Source: Lama guanicoe (lineage: Eukaryota). Taken from it: a stretch of DNA of 64,000 bases. Every line of letters begins with the position of its first letter. Position 1 is the first letter of the stretch. The translations under genes were made by a program, and so were the position numbers. Shown here one piece after another: positions 54,103-64,000 of this stretch. The notes beneath the pieces are model-generated. The model had not been told where the DNA came from and searched no databases. It saw only the letters and a program-made list of their open reading frames with translations. The stretch lies in NCBI GenBank assembly GCA_013239625.1, contig MU053504.1, positions 2,240,607-2,304,606 on the forward strand. The letters are read 5' to 3'.

Positions 54103-56774
54103 GTACCGTTGCCCCATTCTAACAAGTCATTTTTATTTACCTCATTTGTAGTTAGTGTAGTAGTTCTTCAACAGTCAATTACTTCTAGATTATCAGAAGA
54201 GATAAAAAAAATGTAGAATCTCCAATCTCCAAATCTCTCCTTTTCTCCAGCCATTTTCTGCAAAGGTCTCTGAATTTCCTCTATCAATAGTCTTCCAAAA
54301 AGTGCCAGTGCAGGATAGCATCTGAATAGTAAAGACTTAACATTCTTGTGAAAGTTGACAGTATCAACTGAGACACGTGGTAGGCTGGAGGATGAAGGCC
54401 TGGGTTCTAAACCTGGCCCCTGAGCTTGTGAACTTGAACAGGTTACTCTGACCTTTCATTTTATCATCCATAAATAACCCTTTGAAGGTTGCTGTAAGGA
54501 GTAAATAAGCAACATGTGTAAAGATACTGACATAAAAGTTTTTTAGTAGAGGTTAGCTAACGTGTAAGACGATTTTCTGGGTATAATATTGCCCCTGGCT
54601 ACTGATAAACTGTCCTATGATTTTAAAAAAAAATCTCTCACTACCACAAAATTTCCTCTGGCTTGTTTTCAGGGACAATCAATAAGTTTAAGTAAACATT
54701 TTCATTCAATTATAGACAAACAAGAGATTTCTAACATATTTCTGAAGAAGTTTTGCAATTTCTTTTGCACTAAAGGAAAAGAATGAAAGCCTACACCTTT
54801 GATTTATCTTCCCACCAATTTCCCATAAACTATATTAGCTCATACTTCGGTGTTTCATTATTTGCCAAACTTTTTCTTTCAGTACAAGATGAAGGGCCTA
54901 TTTGGATATGATACCTAGATTCTATTTCAAGTTTATATCACTGAGCAAAATTTTTCATGCTCAGATTTGGGAGAGAACAATAAAGAGACACAGGTAATTC
55001 ATAATTTTTCGGTTTGCCTAGATGAACTTTTAACAAACATAGGTAATGCAGCACCATTCAGTCTCCAAATTAAAAAAAATTTTTTAAGGTAACATAAAGC
55101 ATACTGATAGACTGTGGTGAAGTTGTTAACTTTGAGAATTCAATAAACATTGTCATCAAATTAAATGAATGCTCATTATACTTGCAGTGCCATATTTGTA
55201 CTTTTGTCTTCAATTAAATTATTATGACATTTAGTTTGCTAAAGGAAGAATTGTATCTGATACAAACACCCATTTAGTTAGGAAAACATAAATAACAGAC
55301 AAAATGAGACAGATTTTAAAACACACATAATTAATGTTCTACAGAAGCATATGGTTTATAGGAGAGCAAGCTTTATGACAAGATGAAAATTTATACTAAT
55401 CCAAATGACCGAAACTTTAGAAGAAGAAGAAAATGAAAAGAGGCAAACCTCATTTCATGAAGAGTCAATAAATGAAAACAATAACATTGAAAGCTGGTAA
55501 ACTGGAAGTTATTTATAATATAAAAACATTCACTATAGATACTTAAGTAGTAAGTAACTCTAATACATCAAACAGTATTGACTCTATTAAAAATTCAAGT
55601 TGCATTGCACATTCTCAGAGCAAATTCTCAACATGAGGTTCACTCGTAATGCTATCTAAAAAGGGGCTTCCTTCCCTTGCCATTCAGGCTTGTTCTATGT
55701 CATACTGTCCTTAGGGCAGATTCAGGCCCCAAGTTGGCTTTCCCTGGAACAACCCAACCAAAAGTAAGGCCACTGGCCAGTTACTCCTGGGCCAGCTGGC
55801 ATGGAACAAAGTGTTTGGTTCCTACCTCCAGAGCAGATGAGGCTCAGCCAGCTGGCTTTCAATGGACTGCACTAGTTGGAGTGCTCACAATTCCTTTCAA
55901 ACCATCTGGCATTCTTGTTGAACTCTAAATTTACCCAATGCTAGTCTGACGTCTGAAATGCTCACATAATTGGAGGAGTCTCCACTGCCTACCAAGATAA
56001 GAAAAGAAAGAGGTAGAGTTACTTACTGCTAAGTCGATTACTTCAAGAAACAATTTCTAAAATTAAAAACTGCTTTCAATTTTAGCTTGTGTATTATCTA
56101 CCTTAAAATCTAAACCATTAAGCAAACTTTCAAAACAAAAATCAAGATAATTTTACATGCAGAAAAGTTTTAAGACTTATTTAAGGCTGGCAAGATGTGA
56201 CTCTCTACTCTGAACTTCTATAGAACCTGCCTTTATTCCTCATATGGTCCTGCAGTGGATTTTGTGTTGCCACATATTTTTATCTTCCCAGCTAGCTAGT
56301 AAGTGAAAAGAGCAGTATCTTATAGCTACTTCTAAAAAATCTGTTGATGACATACTGGGTGTTTTAAAAGTTCCATTTCCGGAAATAAGAAAATTTAATA
56401 AGGACGAACATGAAGAAGGAACCTCACCTCTGGGCAAGCCAAATATACAAGGAACAGGACTTGGCTAGAAATAAAAATATTTTATCAAGTGATCAAATGA
56501 CTTATCAAATGACCAGACTGCTGGGAAGTGGTATAGGCTGCTAATCTGTCAGTTGTAGATCATTTACCCAATCTATCAGGTGGGCTAATCTTGGGAAGAG
56601 AGGGTCAAGGAATCAGAAAAAGACCTTAAAACTAAAAATAGGAGAATCACATTCATAGCCAATATACTCTAGAAGATATAGTATTACAAACAAAAATATT
56701 ACAGTGGCCAAGTCAGATCAAATATTAGAAAGTAGAGAAGAATATACAAACAATAACTATAATTATAATTATTT

Positions 56775-56985
56775 TTCATTCATTAACCCCTATGCCAAGT
56801 ACTGAGTTTACCATTTTACATATTACCTCATTTGACTCACATAGCCAACATATGAGGTGTGTACTATTCTTATTTCCATGTTGCAGATGAAGAAACAAAG
56901 AGGTTAGGAAATCTGCCCAAGGTCACGTGGTAAAAAGTGAAAGAACTAGAATTCAACTCTAAGCAGTCTGACTCCAGAATCCAGG
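56775..56985 (-). mobile_element. MIR SINE
   Basis: ttgcagatgaagaaac...tgcccaaggtcac...gaattcaactctaagcagtctgactccaga. Confidence 0.8.
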
Positions 56986-57028
56986 TGTGAGACTGCCAAT
57001 GCTAAATTATACTTAAAAAAGAATGAAA

Positions 57029-57031
<3 letters not shown>

Positions 57032-57070
<39 letters not shown>
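57032..57070 (+). repeat. Pure A39 tract flanked by direct repeats
   Basis: aatgaaatgtaa at 57022-57033 and 57069-57080. Confidence 0.9.
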
Positions 57071-57072
<2 letters not shown>

Positions 57073-59474
57073 AAATGTAATGTAAAATAGGAGAAAATTC
57101 AATTGTTAATACAGTCTTCATAATTTTTTCAATTCTAAGTGTAGCAGAAAGTACAGAATAATTTAAAAAATAAATGAAAATTGATTTTCTTGTTAGAAAT
57201 TTTTAAAAAGTAAAAGCTATTCTACCAGGTTAAAAATGTCAGTTATTCTTTTTTTGCCCCCATATTGAGTAAGTACTTTTGTCAACTGCTGTCCTAGACA
57301 TATAATGGTAAACAGGATAGATGAGTTCTTCGCTTTCCTGGAGTTGACTTTCTAGTGGGGGGGTAAGAGACCAAAAGTTCAGTCAACAACAGAATTTCGT
57401 AGAGTGATACATAGTACAGAGGAGGTAGGGAGGAAATGCAGACTTCTCTTTGAGACATTTACCCATGAAGGTAAACAGAAGGGGATGGATATGAGGTCAG
57501 GGGAAAGTTGTTTTGTTTTAATCTTTTATTCTGTTTTTAAAGATGGGCAGTATCAGAGAATTTGTGTATGCTGACATGGGTGGTGCCCTGTAAAGTTAAT
57601 GAGGATGTGAGAGAGGGCACAAATGTGGAAGTCAAGTCCATGGGTAGGTATGAGGGAGAGTATGGTGGGGAGGGGAGCTGGCCTCTGATAGAAAAGAAAC
57701 AGAAAATATATATCCTAGGGAAGGCAGATCTACAGATTTGGTGAGGGAAGAATGAGGGGTATGTGATAACTTCTAAACCCTCAATGAAGTATGAAGCCTG
57801 CTTATCAGCATGGGGAAGGGTGAGCTGCTCATGAGTTTAAAGAGCGGGGAGAAATTAGTTACAGACAGAAAGATCTTATTAGGAATCTGGTAGCTTTTAG
57901 AGGCCGGTGTTGAGAGCCTACTTCAGATTTTTGGTCATAAATCTTAAGTTCTCTAGCAATATTCAGCCACTGATGTGTACCCATGGGAAATTAGATGAGG
58001 GATAAAACAGCTGTAAATAGAAAAAATTCATGGGTTTAAAAAACACATATCCATGAGATAAACACTAAATCAGTGACAATACCCAAACAAGCCATGGTCT
58101 ATGTAACTATTTGTCTCCATCTTCTCATCACAGAAATTCTTGCAAATAATGTGTTTGTCATATTTAGTCATGACATATTTAATCACGAAGTTTAAAAACC
58201 GTTTCTTTTTGGTCATGAATGGTTCTATCACTTCCTAATGTGCACCTGATAGTCCTCGTGTTGATTCTAAGACTGACTGCATTTTACTACCTGAAGAAAC
58301 TTTCTCTGGTGTTAACTGTTATTTTCGGTTAAAAGTAAACTGATGATTCCATTTAAAATTTAAGAAGAAAAATTAAAATACCCCCTCAGGGTGCATGCTT
58401 TTGATTATCCAATTGTGCTCCTAAACCAGGATGTTGGCCTAAGACCCAAAACATCCTGGGGAGCATTCATGTTCGCAAAGCTTTAAGGAGAGGAAACAAA
58501 GACCCCACCACTTAATGGAAGCATATCAACACCGTAAGAATAGCAAATTGGGTGAGATGATATATAGGTCTGTGTGTCTGTATACACATATATATATACT
58601 CATTTTGGGAAAATATTATCTGCCCTATAAGCAAAAGAAAAGAAAAAGGAAAAGATGTTTCAAGGAATATCATGAAATGTCAGGAATACCAGGAAAAAAA
58701 AGAGGATTCTAAAATCTTCCAGAGTGGGAGGAAAAAGGAATGGGGATTAGAATGACGTTATACTTCTCAATAGCGACACTGGAAGCATTCAAAAGAGGGA
58801 CACTAATTTTCAATCTGGAATTCAGTATCCAATTAAACCACCATTCAAGTGTGAAGGTAAAATAAAGACATTTTCAGACATGAAACTTCTGAATTCAGGA
58901 AGGAATTTCAGAGTTTGTAGGTGCCCTTTCTCAGGAAGCTACTAAAGAATAAGGAAAACACAGGATCTAGGAAATCAAGGATCCAACTAGGAGGAAGGCA
59001 AAGAGAATTCCCAAGATGATGAAAAAGGGAAGTCCTGGATGACAGCTAAGAAAAAGAAATGAAACAGAGGTTATCTGAAAATGCTGAAAGAGGATCAGTT
59101 CTGTCAGAATTTGAGGATGAATTAGTGACTGGTACAAAGAAAACTAAGCAAATGAAAAGCAAGCAAACAAAAGTGACAATTATTTAACTTAGAAGAAATA
59201 AAAGCTGTATAAGAAAGAAAATGTAATGGCTCATCTGTGAATAATAGATACATCGTTACAGTCATATAAATACTGAATACTGACTTAACTGGGAACTGTA
59301 AAGTATAGGTATAAAGGGGGATCGAAGGATGGTTGTGTGGGACAACTAGGTCCTCAACTTCCAAAATAGAACTCCACAGACAATATTCAAACGTGGAAAG
59401 TCAACAAATAGCAGTTTAAACATTAAAAATGAAATAAATATAAATACCCGAAGAAACTGCTAAGAGTTGAAAGT

Positions 59475-59554
59475 AATTGAACCATATGAAACCACTGATT
59501 TTTGACTAGTTCTCAATCTAAAAAAATGGCAATTTCATATAGTTTGAGCTAATA
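59475..59554. mobile_element. MADE2-like mariner-derived MITE (about 80 bp)
   Basis: Inverted termini ttgaaccatatgaaa ... ggcaatttcatatagtttgagctaata. Confidence 0.75.
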
Positions 59555-61194
59555 CATTATAATAACATTATTACTGATTTCAGAATAAACTTCCATTTGA
59601 AACAGAAAACAATTATTGACAGAAAATGCTGGGAGGATAATGGATCCAGTTTAGGGTAACAAAATGTCATTGTATATACCATTACCATCACTAACATAAT
59701 AATATTAGTATTTCTAATGAATATAAAGATTATATTTAATACTAAAACATCATTTAAAATAATTTAAATAAAGTAATTCAAAATAAAATAATTATAAATT
59801 AATTTTTAAAATTTAACCTATTGTGACAACATAGAAATGACTTTAGAATTTTTCTTCAATCATCATACTACAAAAATGCTAAACTATGGATTGGTAAAGA
59901 CTTTAATTAACAGAATGCTGAATAACAAGTCCAGGTTGTTTTTAGTTTCCTTTGTTGATACAAATAGCTAAGTCACTCTTGCAAAACTAAAGTTCCACAA
60001 TACTTCGGTACTATGCAAGCCTATTTCAGTGACAATTCCGGTTATACTACTCTGTTTACTCAAGACTTCCTCTTATGATTTGTTTTAAGGGGATTCTTAA
60101 AAAAAAAAAAACTAATGTAAACAGTTCATAAATTATTGGGGTTGCTTCAATATTAGTGACACTAGTTAAAGAAGCCCTTGTTTTCATGTTAGCTTGTTTT
60201 GAGTTAAATTCATTTATATTAAAATTTTATTTAAGTCTTACATCATAAAACCAAAACTTCTCCAAACTGAAAAATAAACTTTTACTAATTTTAACTTTCA
60301 CAAAAAAAGAATCTGACCATGCTAACGTAAGTTAAGATTTTTACCAAGAATAATGGATCCTGTTCCAACCAATGGAAAATTTCCCTTTCAAATTAAAAAC
60401 AAAAATTTTTTTAACAGAGGGAATATACATAAAGAAATGCTGTAGAAGACTGCTTAGTTTACATTTCATTTTGCATTGAAAACTAATTAAAATACATGGA
60501 ATTAAAATATATGTGATTAAAAATAATAGTCTTAAAGAGAACCTTAAAAGTGAATCAATTCAATTATTCATATCGTCTAATAAGCTCCTCAATTTTACCA
60601 CTACTATTTTGAATCAAAAGATTATAATAAAAATACATTTTGGAGGTATGCTTCTTATAGTAACTGAGTTTAGCTAATTTCCTGTCACTGCAAAATTATA
60701 CCGGTAAAAAAGAAACTGAAAAGCCAACCATCTTCTAAAGCTTAAAAAATCTGTTTAAAAAGAGACGAGGTCCGAGTGAAATAGCAAGGAATAGTTGGTG
60801 TTATTACATTTGCTTCTTTTTAATTGGTCTGCATTAACTGTGACTCCTCATAACTTCACTAAGACAACAAAGTCAGGCAGTCAGAGCCAAAGTCTGTGGG
60901 AACCTGCAGAGCTTCCTCCTCTCTCTGGGGATGAGGACAATGATAAAAGGTGTTCTGTTTTCCAATAGTCCTGTAAGAGGAGCCATTGAGCTGGGCTGCA
61001 CAACCAGACAACAGAACACAGGAAAATTCAGATCAAAGCAAGGGTGCATGTCGGGGTAATATGCAATAAAATCCTTTGCCAAAGCATTAAGGGGGGTGAG
61101 GAAAGCAAGGAGGCGGAGAGAACCTGCTGGACCACCTTCTTATAAGCTCAGCCAGAGGCAGGAAGAAACAAAATCTACCTGTACTGAGGAGCTG

Positions 61195-61395
61195 AGAAAA
61201 CAGTGTCCTAGATATACTGGAATATATAGGCATATTACCAATTAACTAAACCCAGAAAGCAGTGTCCTATATGCTCAGGAGTTTTCTCATACGTATATAT
61301 TAATATATTACCATTAACTAAACCCCAAAAGCCAAGTGTTCTAGATATTCATGTATTTGAGTCTATACACACACATTTTCAATTAACAAAACCCA
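61195..61395. repeat. Degenerate tandem array with a motif of about 40 bp and variable spacers
   Basis: atattacca(a)ttaactaaaccc..aaagc..agtgt.cta.atat at 61232-61272 and 61305-61348, with half copies at 61195-61215 and 61373-61395. Confidence 0.8.
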
Positions 61396-61759
61396 CCGGT
61401 TGTACAGTAAGAAACAAAGAAATACTGTTTGAAAGAACATCAGGGGAAGACTTGGGTGAAGATGTGATGAAGTAATACGTCTTTTTTCCTCAAACCCTTC
61501 TGAATGATCTCGGATTCTCTCATTTCATAGGTGACACATGCACCATGAGGTCTCCAGAAACAAAGGAGGGTCTTTAATTCTCTGGCCTGTGGAAGCACAC
61601 ACGGCCCCCACCCACCGACAGGAGGTCAGCACCTGACTTTCATTAATGAGTAAGCTGAGGAGAGAGATCTCACCCCAGACCACAGCCTTATACACAGTGA
61701 CAAACGGGCACGAGACAAACGCCACAAAGAAAGGGGAGGAGCAGATGGGGACCAGGAAA

Positions 61760-62530
61760 ACACTGCCACGCCGCGCCCCCCAAGGCGCGTTCCCATCGCC
61801 AACACCGAGGCAGCCATCCTCACAATCCCCGTCCTTGCCTCCCTGCTCTTCTCAGCCACCTCCCACGCCCGGAGACCCGACGCCGGGCACAGGCTAGCGG
61901 GGCGTTCGAGGCGCCGCAAACCTTCCCTCTTTGACCTCCGGGTGACAGCCCTGCGCCTCCCTTTGTGCGGGACTCACCCTGAGGCTCAGGAAGAGCTCTC
62001 CTCCGCGTCCCTCCCGGCCTGGGGCCACTGTCCCAGCGCTCCCAGCTCCCAGTCTCAAAGCGCCGGGAGTGTGAGTGGGGAGGCTGGCGCGGGCCCACGG
62101 TTTCCTCAGCATCCCGAACCCGGACCCGCCCGGCTCCCTAAGCGCCAGCCCGGGGACGACGGCCCTCGGCGACCCCGCCCTCGTTCGCTCACTTACTCGG
62201 TCGTGCCGGCGGCGGCGGTGGCGAGCGTGGCAGGACCGTCAGCGCCGGGCGGAGGGCGGCGAGCTGCAGGAGTCTGTCGGGACCCAGCGCAGCTGAGGTG
62301 GCAACAGCCGACTGCGCGCGGCGGCCCCCGGCGAGGGGCGGGCCCGGCGGGGGAGGGGCGGGCGCCGCGCCTCTCATTCAACAGCGGGGGCGGGGTGAGG
62401 GACCCGGATGCCCGGGCAGCCCCCGCCCCCCTCGCTGAGCCCTCCCTGGCTTCAGAGTCTGGAGTGCGCAGGCGCAGCGCTCAGATACCCGCCCCGCCCC
62501 GCCCCTCCCACTGAGGTTGTGCCACGAGAG
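61760..62530. promoter_or_regulatory. RNF24: CpG island / RNF24 promoter with Sp1 GC boxes and an NRF1-type site
   Basis: Very high GC and CpG density; GGGGCGG boxes near 62335, 62355, 62387 and 62488-62505; TGCGCAGGCGCA at 62465-62476; no TATA box seen. Confidence 0.9.
62197..62320 (-). other. RNF24: RNF24 non-coding exon 1 (5' end approximate)
   Basis: Donor CGA|gtaagt (gt at 62196-62195) inside the CpG island, just downstream of the GC boxes. Confidence 0.75.
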
Positions 62531-64000
62531 GAGCTGGTGCGGATGGATCTTATCTCTTTTGTGTTTAGTGTTTTTTCGTGTCCTGTAAGCATTTTTAAAG
62601 TGAAAGCTTGAAATGCCACTTCCTTACTAGCATCCAACCTGCTAGCATGCCGGGGACACAGGAGTGGCATCAATCTGTTGGGGAAAATGTGCACACAGCC
62701 CTCTTCCTCTGTCTGTTTCATTTGCAGCAGGTCTCAGACCTCTGAGACCCAGAATCTAATCAGATAGTGGAGAGAAGTGTGTGCAATAAAGAGTGCATTA
62801 CTTTAGCTGCACTGACCTAGTCTCTTCAGACCCAAGTTCGCATTCCACAAGGCAGGCAAGAAACTGACCTTTGTTTTAGGGGGACTTAGCTCTTCCCGTA
62901 ATACCAGGGCCTAGGGTTTATCTAATGCAGCTCCAAGGATCAGGGGAGGCCTCTTGTCTTTGGCAGGCAGTGTGTTCAGCGGAGACACCCTCCTGTTCCC
63001 AACCCCTTGGCTCTGCCACTCCTGGGCCACAGAAGTCTTTGGCATTGCTGGAAGTCTGCAGTCAGCAGGTCTCACAGTCATCAACTCTTCAGTGTGTGGG
63101 CACTGGAGCTTGGGGAAATTACAGAGATGATTGTCCACCTTTCCTCAGTCCCTAAGTCCCCCATCCTACCTTCCTTCCCCTACCCTCCAGGCCCCCTCAC
63201 TTAAACTATGAACAGCTCAGGTGCTTAACTTTGGGAAGCAAAGGTCTTTGTGGAAAGTGCCTGAGGGCAAGTTCCTTCTGCTTTGGCAAACAATAAACCT
63301 CCAACAGGTTGGGGAAGGGAGGCATGTGGAGGGATAAAGACAGAAACCTCAGTGAACATCTCAAGAAGTTACCCAGTGGTGGCAGCCTCCCAAAGTGAAA
63401 GCTAGGTAGAGGCATGTGCTAGGTAGAGCATGACAAAAGAAAGTCTGTCAACACCTAACCCTCGCCCCTGCCATTGAAGCCAAGAACTCGGGGATCCTTT
63501 TCCTTTCTCTCCCTTCCTTGCTAGCTCAATTAGAGCAGTTATCAGGAGGGCCTTCTCAACTCTAGTTTGCTGATACTTCTCACTCTGTCTAAATTAGGCC
63601 TCCTCATCCCTCTCCAGACCTATTGCTGGATTCTCATGCAAATCAATTCTCATGATATGCAGATCGGCCCACGTTACAGTCTTTTTCTCTCTCCCTGCCC
63701 CAGAGGCACTTTAGCCCTATTTTCCAGCCATTTCCAGAGCAGGTGTTTCATCTTTGATGTGTTTCTGATGTCCCCTCTTCTCTGCTCATATCTAGCTATC
63801 TGCCTGCTCTAATGTAAGGACATAAGGAGTAATGGCCATGTTCAGTTGCTATTTTCAGGGAGATCCATCGTATTAAAATTTTGTTGAGGCATCAGCTAGC
63901 CCAAGTGACCTTTGGAGTCAGGGAGAAAGTCTCCCAATAGACCTGGCCACAGTTTTACACCATACTTAAGGGAGAATCCTGCCTTTCTGTCCCTAGTGGT

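Noticed and set aside
61195..61395. CRISPR-like repeat-spacer appearance
   Set aside because: Mammalian intron, degenerate non-identical repeats, unequal spacers, no cas genes; kept only as a tandem repeat
61942..62514. 190-aa + strand ORF and other ORFs in the CpG island
   Set aside because: Pro/Ala/Gly/Arg-rich translation expected from stop-poor GC-rich DNA

Overview
Mammalian genomic DNA containing two convergent (tail-to-tail) genes. The last coding exon and 3' UTR of PANK2 lie on the + strand at the left end. The complete RNF24 gene lies on the - strand: a CpG-island promoter and non-coding exon 1 at about 62.2 kb, a 38-kb intron 1, five coding exons that splice into an intact 148-aa transmembrane RING-H2 protein, and a long 3' UTR with proximal and distal poly(A) signals. 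The tRNA-derived SINEs look like camelid vic-1 elements, so the source is probably a camel, alpaca or llama (inference). The introns are dense with L1, L2, MIR, MaLR/ERV LTRs and DNA-transposon relics. I found no novel protein-coding system or CRISPR array, and nearly all of the ORF track is spurious or L1-derived. The best leads are regulatory or structural: miR-103/107 sites in the RNF24 3' UTR next to PANK2 (the miR-103 host gene), inverted SINEs bracketing an in-frame exon, possible overlapping 3' ends, tail-less L1 fragments resembling break-repair captures, a solo ERV LTR, a bare poly(A) insertion, and a repeat-spacer-like array near the promoter. Repeat-family names come from my recollection of consensus sequences, not from a search, and boundaries of old repeats are approximate.
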